DNA of 51,017 nucleotides from Eubacteriales Family XIII. Incertae Sedis bacterium (GCA_031270275.1 JAISXZ010000166.1:1-51017); one strand, 5' to 3'. Positions 43,851 to 50,998 are shown, counted from the stretch's first letter. Made by a program: numbers and translations. Notes: a model not told the origin generated them from the letters alone.

Positions 43851-45455
43851 CTAGGCGGACACGTACTCCTCGCCGCGCTCGTCCATGACCTCGATTTCGG
43901 ACAGCCTTATGCGCAGGTAGTCGTAGCCGTCCTCCTGGTATGACTCCAGCGCGCCCGTGACCGACACCCATTCGTCGGGAGCGGGGTATTCGCCGTCCCA
44001 TGCGACCTCGAAGCCGGGGTTGGCGTCGGTCCCGCAGCAGCCGGGGCCGTATCGGATGACGAAATAGTAGGTGGCGTCCAGATCCGAATAAAACTCCGCG
44101 CTGAATATGCCCTCGTAGTGTATGGTCTTGCCGAGATAGTCCTCCGCGTTCAGGTAGATGTCGTTCACCTGGGCGACGAACAGCCTGTCCTTTATCTCTA
44201 TGTATTCGTCGCCGTTCGCGGCCGCCGCGTCGGCGTGGAGCGAGGGGTCTATGCCGGAAAGGTCCACGGCGGATGTCCCGTTAAGGTTGCTCTGGCCAGG
44301 CAGCAGATCGCCTAGGGCCCCGCCTCCGTAGGCTTCGCCCGTTTCAGCCGGGTCACCGAGGCCGTCCTCGCCGGGCCAGGCCCCGTAGCCCTCCGCATCG
44401 TAGGCGCCGTCCGTTCCAGCCGGGCCCCCGAGGCCGTCGCCCCCTGCCCCGCCGTCCGCGCCGGGGCCGGCCCCGTAGCCCTCCGCCTCGTAGGCCTCGC
44501 CCGTTTCGGCCGGGCCACCGAGGCCGTCGTCCCCCGCCCCGCCGCCGGCATCCTCGCCCGAACCGCCGCCGCAGGCGGACAGGGCAAAGACGAGAAGGAC
44601 GGCAAGCAGGGCCACGCCGGGCCTGCGCGCGCCAGCCCCCGCCGACTTGGCCGCCCAGAACAGCAGGAATGCGATGATGTTCACGATCACCACGCTCGCC
44701 CCCGTCGGCGTGGCATAGAGGTAGGAGGCCACCACCCCCGCGAAGAAGCAGGCCACCGAGACGACGGCGGAGCATATGGTCACCGTCTTGAAGCGCCTGC
44801 ACACGCGCATGGACGTGAGGGCGGGGAATATGATCAGGCTCGATATCAGCATCGCCCCCATCATCCTCATGCCGAGCACTATGGTGATGGCGCACAGGAA
44901 GGCTATAAGCATGTTGTAGAGCCCGCTCCGCGTCCCCGTGGCCCGCGCGTGGGACTCGTCGAAGGTGACGGCGAATATCTTGTTGTAAAACAGCGCGAAA
45001 AGCACGAGCACGGCCGCGGACAGCACGATGCTGAGCCGCACGTCGGCCTTGCTCATCGCGAGTATGCTGCCGAACAGATAGTTGCAGACGTCGGTGTTCA
45101 TGCCGGTCGTAAGCGATATTATCATGACGCCGACGGCGAGCGAGCCGGTGGATATCAGGGCGATGGCGGCGTCGCCCTTGATCCTGCTGCTCTCGCTTAT
45201 GCGAAGCAGCAGGAAGGCGGCCAGCACGACCACTGGGATCGAGACGGCCAGCGGCGCGACGTTCATGGCCGTAGCCGCCGCGAGCGTGCCGAAGCCGACG
45301 TGCGAAAGCCCGTCGCCTATCATGGAATAGCGCTTCAGCACGAGGCTGACGCCGAGCAGGGCCGAGCACAGCGAAACGAGCAGGCCCACGACGACGGCGC
45401 GCACCAGAAAGGGATATGAAAACATCTCTGCAAGCGTATCAATCATACCAGTCAC
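43851..45455 (-). CDS. metal ABC transporter permease (ZnuB/TroC-like) fused to an extra TM helix, Gly/Asp-rich repeats and a CC-motif C-terminal domain
   Basis: Residues 1-270 are an ABC-3 permease (KRYSMIGDGLSHVGFG). Next come RRPGVALLAVLLVFALSAC, about 3 repeats of DGLGGPAETGEAYEAEGYGAGPG, and a roughly 130-aa domain with FVIRYGPGCCGTDANPGFEV. The frame is unbroken. GTG start with a GTGA overlap to the ATPase gene. Confidence 0.75.
   Translation of the reverse strand: MTGMIDTLAEMFSYPFLVRAVVVGLLVSLCSALLGVSLVLKRYSMIGDGLSHVGFGTLAAATAMNVAPLAVSIPVVVLAAFLLLRISESSRIKGDAAIALISTGSLAVGVMIISLTTGMNTDVCNYLFGSILAMSKADVRLSIVLSAAVLVLFALFYNKIFAVTFDESHARATGTRSGLYNMLIAFLCAITIVLGMRMMGAMLISSLIIFPALTSMRVCRRFKTVTICSAVVSVACFFAGVVASYLYATPTGASVVIVNIIAFLLFWAAKSAGAGARRPGVALLAVLLVFALSACGGGSGEDAGGGAGDDGLGGPAETGEAYEAEGYGAGPGADGGAGGDGLGGPAGTDGAYDAEGYGAWPGEDGLGDPAETGEAYGGGALGDLLPGQSNLNGTSAVDLSGIDPSLHADAAAANGDEYIEIKDRLFVAQVNDIYLNAEDYLGKTIHYEGIFSAEFYSDLDATYYFVIRYGPGCCGTDANPGFEVAWDGEYPAPDEWVSVTGALESYQEDGYDYLRIRLSEIEVMDERGEEYVSA
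44322..44549 (-). repeat. in-frame Gly/Asp/Glu-rich tandem repeats in the permease extension
   Basis: About three units of roughly 25 aa (GLGGPA(E/G)T(G/D)(E/G)AY(E/D)AEGYGA.PG). Confidence 0.7.
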
Positions 45456-46153
45456 CCCATAAAGCTCCTTCCGAGCTCTGAATCGGCGTATTCGCGGGAG
45501 GTCCCGAAGAATAGCTGCCGGGTCTGAAGATGGAGCACGTGGCTCGCGTAGGCCAGCGCCCCCCGGACATCGTGCGTGACCATCACTATGGCGATGCCCC
45601 TCTCGCCGTTGAGCCGCGAGAGCAGCCCGTACATGGACTGCTGGGCCGCAGGGTCAAGCCCGCCCGAGGGCTCGTCCAGGGCCAGGAGCTTTACGCGCTC
45701 GGCGGCGCAGACCGCCCTGGCCAGAAGCACCCTCTGCTGCTGGCCGCCGGACAGGTCCATGTAGCACTGCTTCGCGAGGCCGCGGACGCCGAGCAGTTCC
45801 ATGGCCTCGTGGGCGGCGGCCTTGTCGGCCCTTGTGTAGAAGGGGCGCAGGCCGCGCCCCCCCAGCCGCCCCGAGACGACTACCTCGTAGACGCCTGCCG
45901 GGAAATCCTTCTGCGCGGGGCTTTGCTGCGGCAGATAGCCTATCTCGTGCGGCTTCAGGCCCGCGTCCACGGACATCTCGCCGGAATGCGGCTGCTTCAG
46001 GCGCAGCAGGCCCCTCAGCAGGGTGCTCTTGCCCGAGCCGTTCTCGCCCGCGACGCATATATAGTCGCCGCTGTCCACGGAAAAGTTCAGCCCGCTGACC
46101 GCTACGGCGCCGTCGTATGCGAAGGAAAGATCCCGGCAGTCAATCAGCGCCAT
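45452..46153 (-). CDS. metal ABC transporter ATP-binding protein (ZnuC/TroB-like)
   Basis: Walker A GENGSGKST, signature LSGGQQQRV and Walker B LLALDEP; positioned between the SBP and permease genes. Confidence 0.85.
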   Translation of the reverse strand: MALIDCRDLSFAYDGAVAVSGLNFSVDSGDYICVAGENGSGKSTLLRGLLRLKQPHSGEMSVDAGLKPHEIGYLPQQSPAQKDFPAGVYEVVVSGRLGGRGLRPFYTRADKAAAHEAMELLGVRGLAKQCYMDLSGGQQQRVLLARAVCAAERVKLLALDEPSGGLDPAAQQSMYGLLSRLNGERGIAIVMVTHDVRGALAYASHVLHLQTRQLFFGTSREYADSELGRSFMG

Positions 46154-46154
46154 G

Positions 46155-47183
46155 CTACGACAAGGCCTCCTTTAGGCTGTCCACGTTGCCCCACATCAGG
46201 TCTATGTAGGTCAGGCCGCTCTCGAAGTCGTCCTTGGATATGTTGTGGCAGGCGTGCAGCAGCATGGGCTTCGCGCCTGTGGCCTCCCCTATGGCTTCCG
46301 CCATCCTCCCGTTGGAAAGCTCTATGTGGAATATCACCGGTATGCCCTCCTCCTTTATCTTGTCTATCAGGAACGCCACGGTCGCCGCGCTGGCCTCCGT
46401 TTCGGTCGAGCAGCCGGGGAACGCGGCGAAGTAGTCCAGGCCGTAGGCGTCCGCGAAGTAGCGGAACGGGAAGCGGTCGCCGAACACGACGGTCTTCAGC
46501 GGGGCCTCGGCCACGAGGTCCTGGAAGGCGGCGTCGAGCTCGTCGAGCTGCGCGGAATACGCCTCGGCGTTCTCCCTGTAGGCGGGCGCGTTCGCGCCGT
46601 CGATCTCGCACAGGGCCTCCGTTATGGCCTCGAGCATGAGCTTCGCGTTGCCCGGATAGGTCCAGATGTGCTCGTCGTATTCGACCTCCTCCTCCTCCGC
46701 CAAGGCCAATTCTTCTTCCTCCTCCTGCATCCCCTCGACAATCTCCTCCTCTACGGTGGCGACGCTGTCCATCATGGGAAGCACCCTCATGGACGAGGTG
46801 TCCATGGATTCCAGGATACCATCGACCCATTCGTCCGACTCCCCGCCTATGTAGAGGAACAGATCGCAGTCCTGTATGCTGATTATGTCCCTCGTCGTCG
46901 GCTCGAAGGAATGGGACTCGGAGGCGGGCGGCAGCAGCATGCTCACGTCGGCGAGGCCGCCGGACACGGCGCGCGCCAGGTCGTAGGGTGGGAATATGGT
47001 CGCCACTATGCTGACGCGTTCGTTCCCCGCGCCGTCGCCCCCGTCCACGGCGGCCGCCCCGCCGCCGCTATCCCCGGTCGCGCCCCCCTGCCCGCATCCC
47101 GCCGCCGACAGCGCCAGCAGCAGGGCAAGGGCCAGGAACAGTATTTTTTTTGCGTGTTTGCCCGTATGTCCTATACGATTCAT
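46155..47183 (-). CDS. metal ABC transporter substrate-binding lipoprotein (ZnuA/TroA-like)
   Basis: Signal with lipobox LLALSAAGC, cluster-9 SBP layout, and an acidic insertion EEEEELALAEEEEVEYDEH like the ZnuA flexible loops. GGAGG RBS precedes ATG 47183. Confidence 0.85.
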   Translation of the reverse strand: MNRIGHTGKHAKKILFLALALLLALSAAGCGQGGATGDSGGGAAAVDGGDGAGNERVSIVATIFPPYDLARAVSGGLADVSMLLPPASESHSFEPTTRDIISIQDCDLFLYIGGESDEWVDGILESMDTSSMRVLPMMDSVATVEEEIVEGMQEEEEELALAEEEEVEYDEHIWTYPGNAKLMLEAITEALCEIDGANAPAYRENAEAYSAQLDELDAAFQDLVAEAPLKTVVFGDRFPFRYFADAYGLDYFAAFPGCSTETEASAATVAFLIDKIKEEGIPVIFHIELSNGRMAEAIGEATGAKPMLLHACHNISKDDFESGLTYIDLMWGNVDSLKEALS

Positions 47184-47259
47184 ATTATACCTCCATGATG
47201 CAGAAAACGCAATGCCGCGCGTGGCGCGCCCGGCCGGGCAGCCCCGGAGGGCGGCGCGG

Positions 47260-47275
47260 GTTTGCGAACGCAAAC
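47260..47275. promoter_or_regulatory. perfect 7-2-7 palindrome upstream of the metal SBP gene (candidate operator)
   Basis: GTTTGCG-AA-CGCAAAC lies about 80 nt upstream of the SBP start codon. Confidence 0.3.
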
Positions 47276-47340
47276 CTACGCGGGCAGCCATAAGCGACGC
47301 GCGGCGGACAGGCCGCCGCGTATTTTCGGCGGAATCAGCA

Positions 47341-47631
47341 TCAATAGTTCAGCCGTACCTTGCAGGAGATGAGCGCGGAAGGGCGGGGCAGGGCGAGAAG
47401 CAGCGCCGCAGCCGCCGCAGCCGCCGCGAAAACAGGCCCGGCCACGCTTTGGGCAGCGGGCGCGCCGTCGGCCAGGACGGACTGCACGGCCTGTATCTGC
47501 CGGCAGACCTCGCAGCCTTCGTCGTCGTGGTCGTGCCCGAAGCAGGTTGCCGCGAACACGTTCGACAGCGCCCAGAAGGCTATGAGCAGCGCGCACAGCG
47601 CGACGGACACGACGGACAGATGCCTTTTCAT
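47341..47631 (-). CDS. small two-TM-like membrane protein with a Cys/His/Asp cluster (hypothetical)
   Basis: 96 aa: MKRHLSVVSVALCALLIAFWAL (signal/TM), CFGHDHDDEGCEVC cluster, C-terminal AAAAAAALLLAL hydrophobic stretch. Its ATG overlaps the maturase stop (ATGA). Confidence 0.5.
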   Translation of the reverse strand: MKRHLSVVSVALCALLIAFWALSNVFAATCFGHDHDDEGCEVCRQIQAVQSVLADGAPAAQSVAGPVFAAAAAAAALLLALPRPSALISCKVRLNY

Positions 47632-49061
47632 AGGAAAGCCGGTTCTTCGTCCCATAACGATGTCTCCGGGGCCGCCCCGGCGGATTCCGACGCGGCCGCC
47701 AGCGATGCCTGTATGCCTATGGCACACTCGACGCGCTTCCTTTCGAGCTCGCAGCCGAGGGCGTAGGGCTTCATGATGTCCCCGTTGGCCTGCCACGCGC
47801 TGGCGTGGCAGCCGCCGCCGCAGTAGAACTTGGCCCAGCAGCCGGCACAGTCGGGCTTGCCGTATATATGGGCGCGGCCGAAGCTGTCGCGGAGGCGGTT
47901 GTGGAAGCTGCCCTCGCCGACGTTGCCGAGCCTGAAAGCGGGCTTCCCGACAAACTGATGGCAGGGGTATATGTCGCCCTCCGGCGACACGGCGGCGTAT
48001 TCAAGGCCGGCGCCGCAGCCCGACACCCGCTTGAACACGCAGGGCCCCTGCGTGAGGTCTATGCTGAAGTGGAAAAAGTCGATGGGCCTGCCTTCCAAGG
48101 CGTAATCGAGGCAGAGCCCCGCGAGCCTGTCGTATTCCTCGAGCAGGCGGGGAAGATCCTCGTCACGCAGCGCGAAATCGTTTTCCGCGTCCGCGACGAC
48201 GGGCTCCGCCGATATCCTGTCGAAGCCCAGATCGGCCAGATGCCGCACGTCCTCGGAGAAGTCGAGGTTGTTCCTCGTGAAGGTCCCGCGCAGATAGTAC
48301 GCGCCGCGCCTGTTTTCGCGAAAGCGCCTGTAGTTCTTCATGACGGCGCCGTAGGCGCCGCCCCCGCCCGCCGTCCTGCGCATGGCGTCGTTGACCTCAG
48401 GCCTGCCATCTATGCTGAGGACCACATTGTCCATATGCTCGTTTATGAAGGCTTCCTTCTCGGCGTCGAGAAGCAGCCCGTTGGTGGTTATCGTGAAGCG
48501 GATGCGCTTGCCGCAGTCCCCTTCCCTCCGCCTGCCGTAGGCGACGAGCTGCCTGACGGCGCCGAAGTTCATCAGCGGCTCGCCCCCGAAGAAGTCTATC
48601 TCGAGGTTGCGGCGGCCGCCCGAACGCTCCAGCAGGAAGTCGATGGCCTTCATGCCGATCTCGACGGGCATCAGGCCCCGCCTGCCCGAAAACGAGCCCC
48701 CGCTGCCGAAGCAGTAGCGGCAGCGCATGTTGCAGTCGTGGGACGCGTGCAGGCACAGGGCCTTTATCGCCGCGCCGCGCCCGGCGAGCGCCTCGTCCGA
48801 AATGCGCGTCTCCTCCGTGAACAGCATGCCGCTGTCCGCGAGGCCGCATATCTCGGAAACCGCCTCCTTCAGGACGGCGCCGGGGTATTCCCCCGACATC
48901 TCCCCGGCCGCAGCCCATGCCGCAGCCTCCGAAAAGCCGTCCGCGCCCGAGGCCCCGCAGCGGCCAAGGATGCCGTAGACGGCGTCGCTGACCATATGGG
49001 CCGCGCCGCTGTTGACGTCCAGCGCTATGTTTAGGCCCCTGAACCTATAAAGATGTATCAT
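47628..49061 (-). CDS. radical SAM/SPASM thioether-forming SCIFF peptide maturase (CteB-type)
   Basis: MIHLYRFRGLNIALDVNSGAAHMV start, CNMRCRYCF radical-SAM CxxxCxxC motif, and a Cys-rich SPASM C-terminus (CGAG..CHQF..CAGCWAKFYCGGGC). It lies directly downstream of a SCIFF precursor. No clear SD, so the start is approximate. Confidence 0.85.
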   Translation of the reverse strand: MIHLYRFRGLNIALDVNSGAAHMVSDAVYGILGRCGASGADGFSEAAAWAAAGEMSGEYPGAVLKEAVSEICGLADSGMLFTEETRISDEALAGRGAAIKALCLHASHDCNMRCRYCFGSGGSFSGRRGLMPVEIGMKAIDFLLERSGGRRNLEIDFFGGEPLMNFGAVRQLVAYGRRREGDCGKRIRFTITTNGLLLDAEKEAFINEHMDNVVLSIDGRPEVNDAMRRTAGGGGAYGAVMKNYRRFRENRRGAYYLRGTFTRNNLDFSEDVRHLADLGFDRISAEPVVADAENDFALRDEDLPRLLEEYDRLAGLCLDYALEGRPIDFFHFSIDLTQGPCVFKRVSGCGAGLEYAAVSPEGDIYPCHQFVGKPAFRLGNVGEGSFHNRLRDSFGRAHIYGKPDCAGCWAKFYCGGGCHASAWQANGDIMKPYALGCELERKRVECAIGIQASLAAASESAGAAPETSLWDEEPAFL

Positions 49062-49070
49062 AGCCAAAAG

Positions 49071-49091
49071 AAAAAAGCGGCGTATGCCGCT
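49071..49091 (-). terminator. short hairpin plus U-tract between the SCIFF precursor and maturase genes (attenuator)
   Basis: On the minus strand, AGCGGC-ATAC-GCCGCT is followed by TTTTTCTTTT. The hairpin begins inside the precursor stop codon. Confidence 0.5.
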
Positions 49092-49236
49092 ATCTGCGCT
49101 TCGTGTTTTCGCAGTCCTGGTTCGCGACGGTGCAGGATGTCTTGCAGGCCGACTGGCACGAGGCCTGGCATTCGCCGCAGCCCTTGCCGGCTGTGTCTTT
49201 GAGGCTGGGTTTGGCCAGCGTCTTTATCTGTTTCAT
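49090..49236 (-). CDS. SCIFF (six-cysteines-in-forty-five) ribosomal peptide precursor
   Basis: MKQIKTLAKPSLKDTAGKGCGECQASCQSACKTSCTVANQDCENTKRR matches the SCIFF signature GGCGECQxSCQSACKTSCTVxNQ. AGGAGAG RBS precedes ATG 49236. Confidence 0.9.
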   Translation of the reverse strand: MKQIKTLAKPSLKDTAGKGCGECQASCQSACKTSCTVANQDCENTKRR

Positions 49237-49245
49237 CTCTCTCCT

Positions 49246-49345
49246 ATTGTTGCTGCTCGGCGTGCACGCCATTTTTGCCCATCTCGGAACCAGAACCCGA
49301 TCTGGACAAAGCTGACGCACGGGCCGAGCAGCTTCCATCGAAAGC
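49246..49345 (-). repeat. IR-B repeat, apically deleted mini copy
   Basis: GCTGCTCGGC (49252-49261) pairs perfectly with GCCGAGCAGC (49323-49332). The interior CACGCCATTTTTGCCCATCTCGGAACC|AGAACCCGATCTGGACAAAGCTGAC lacks the central roughly 65 nt of the other copies. Confidence 0.8.
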
Positions 49346-49352
49346 CTCTGTT

Positions 49353-49748
49353 TTAGCGCTTGGAGAACTGCGAGGCGCGCCTGGCCTTCTTCAGGCCGTA
49401 CTTCTTCCGCTCCTTCATGCGGGGATCCCTCGTCAGGAAGCCCGCGGCCTTAAGCGGCGGGCGGAACGTCTCCCGATCCGCCACGCAGAGGGCGCGGGAT
49501 ATGCCGTGCCGAAGCGCGCCCGCCTGCCCGGTGAAGCCGCCGCCCTTGACCGTTGCCACCACGTCGTACTTGCCCTCGGCGCCCGCTATCGCGAAGGGGC
49601 GCCTGACTTCCTTCTTTAGTATTTCCATGCCGAAATAATCGTCAATCGGCTTTTTGTTGATGGTGACCTCGCCTTTGCCGGGGATCAGTCGGACCCTGGC
49701 GACGGAAGACTTCCTTCTTCCCGTACCCGCGTACTGCAGCTTTGCCAT
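49353..49748 (-). CDS. rpsI: 30S ribosomal protein S9
   Basis: [38 protein letters not shown]. Confidence 0.95.
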   Translation of the reverse strand: MAKLQYAGTGRRKSSVARVRLIPGKGEVTINKKPIDDYFGMEILKKEVRRPFAIAGAEGKYDVVATVKGGGFTGQAGALRHGISRALCVADRETFRPPLKAAGFLTRDPRMKERKKYGLKKARRASQFSKR

Positions 49749-49768
49749 CGGTCTGTCCCTCCTCCCCT

Positions 49769-50206
49769 CTAAAAGTCCCAAGTCTCGGGCTTCTGTGCGC
49801 TGTGCGCGTGCGTCGGCCCCGTGTATACCTTCAGTTTCTTGTACATCTGCCTGCCGAGCTTGCCGTTGGGCATCATCCCCTTTACGGCGTGCCTTATTAT
49901 CTCGTTCGGCCGCTTCGCCTGCAGCTTTTCAAAGCTTATCTCCCTTAGCCCGCCCGGATAGCCTGTATACCTCTTGTATATCTTGTCCTTGCGCTTCTTG
50001 CCTGTCACGGCCACCTTCTCGGCGTTGATGACGATTACGTAGTCGCCTGTGTCGAGGAAGGGCGTGAACGTGGGCTTCTTCTTGCCCCTCAGAATAGAAG
50101 CCGCTTCGCTGGCAAGCCTGCCGAGGGTCCTGCCGTCGGCGTCAATGACGTACCATTTCCGCACGATCTCGCTGGGCCTTGCCACATAAGACCTGGTGTC
50201 GTCCAT
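49769..50206 (-). CDS. rplM: 50S ribosomal protein L13
   Basis: [41 protein letters not shown]..; start at ATG 50206 behind GGAGG. Confidence 0.95.
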   Translation of the reverse strand: MDDTRSYVARPSEIVRKWYVIDADGRTLGRLASEAASILRGKKKPTFTPFLDTGDYVIVINAEKVAVTGKKRKDKIYKRYTGYPGGLREISFEKLQAKRPNEIIRHAVKGMMPNGKLGRQMYKKLKVYTGPTHAHSAQKPETWDF

Positions 50207-50371
50207 ATCTGTGTCCGCCTCCCCGCCTACTGGGATAGCCCCCTGCCGCGACGGCAGCCCGCCCCGAGGGGGAATCTCTTTCGGCGCAATAAATTTTCGG
50301 CCGCGGCCGGAATCCCCAGCCTGTGCCTGCGTCCCGCCTGCTCCAAGGCCTGCGGGCATAGCGCATGAAGT

Positions 50372-50401
50372 ATTGTAATACATGCGGGGGGGGAAAGTCA
50401 A
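50372..50401 (-). promoter_or_regulatory. sigma70 promoter of rplM-rpsI
   Basis: On the minus strand: TTGACT (50401-50396), 17-nt spacer, TACAAT (50377-50372). This leaves a GC-rich leader of about 160 nt before rplM. Confidence 0.6.
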
Positions 50402-50473
50402 GTGGAAATGTTTTACATGTGTGGTTAACAAGTGATAATGTCACCTTGTAGAGTATCAAGTGAAAATGTCACC
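50399..50473. repeat. three direct repeats CAAGTGnWAATGT(CACC) spaced 28-30 bp
   Basis: CAAGTGGAAATGT (50399-50411), CAAGTGATAATGTCACC (50429-50445) and CAAGTGAAAATGTCACC (50457-50473). The first overlaps the rplM -35 box. Confidence 0.6.
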
Positions 50474-50515
50474 CCTCCGGTAAAATGGGGGGATGCTTTC
50501 CGCGCCCCGCCTTTT

Positions 50516-50788
50516 TTACTTAAACTCAATATGGAGCGTTTTGCCTACCCCATCCGCAATCTGCTGTAAGGTGGCTATCGTGGAACTGCAATTCCCATTC
50601 TCTATACGGCTGATGTTTGATTGCCTGATACCCGTTTTTTCGGCTAACTCCTTTTGCGTCAAATTCCTTTCCGTACGGGCGGCGATGATCGCCTTTATAT
50701 ATTCGCGCTCCGGGCGTTGACGCTCCCATTCAGCCGCAAACTCCGGGTTTTCAAGCTGTTTGTTCAAATGTCTTTTATAATCGCTCAT
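50516..50788 (-). CDS. higA: XRE-family HTH antitoxin (HigA-like)
   Basis: NLTQKELAEKTGIRQSNISRIENG helix-turn-helix, 90 aa. GGAGGGGAGGGG RBS. It lies directly downstream of a toxin-like ORF, which is the HigBA gene order. Confidence 0.8.
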   Translation of the reverse strand: MSDYKRHLNKQLENPEFAAEWERQRPEREYIKAIIAARTERNLTQKELAEKTGIRQSNISRIENGNCSSTIATLQQIADGVGKTLHIEFK

Positions 50789-50805
50789 TTCTTGCCCCTC
50801 CCCTC

Positions 50806-50922
50806 CTAATCCGCTTTGTATTTCATGGCAAGCGCGATTTCGTTTGGCGGTGTTTTCCGTGTTTTCTTCACGAATCCGTTTGTGAGGACAATCTTGTTAT
50901 CCACAACGAAAAAGTAAAAAGG
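50806..50922 (-). pseudogene. C-terminal remnant of a HigB/Gp49 (RelE-superfamily) toxin gene
   Basis: PFYFFVVDNKIVLTNGFVKKTRKTPPNEIALAMKY matches the conserved C-terminal third of Gp49-type HigB toxins. The usual N-terminal roughly 60 aa is absent. Confidence 0.5.
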
Positions 50923-50998
50923 GGTAGCCGTCGCGGGCCGCCATCGCCTCGACCGTCGCGGGGTCATAGTAGTGGTTCTCAAGGTCAATAAGCTTCAT
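50897..50998 (-). other. 33-codon ORF with strong RBS, one frame off from the toxin remnant
   Basis: GGAGG lies 5 nt before ATG 50998. The ORF reads MKLIDLENHYYDPATVEAMAARDGYPFLLFRCG*. A T5 run (50916-50920) separates its frame from the HigB-like frame. Confidence 0.35.

Noticed and set aside
44560-44645. Separate lipoprotein gene starting at an internal GTG (VALLAVLLVFALSAC) instead of a permease fusion
   Set aside because: There is no stop codon between the permease and the extension, and no RBS before the GTG. The basic residues RRPG that would form the signal n-region lie upstream of that GTG. I treat it as a fusion pending read-level verification.
47184-47340. Zur/Fur-type AT-rich operator upstream of the metal SBP gene
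   Set aside because: No AT-rich inverted repeat of the known Zur-box type is present. Only the GC-containing 7-2-7 palindrome was found, and it is reported separately at low confidence.
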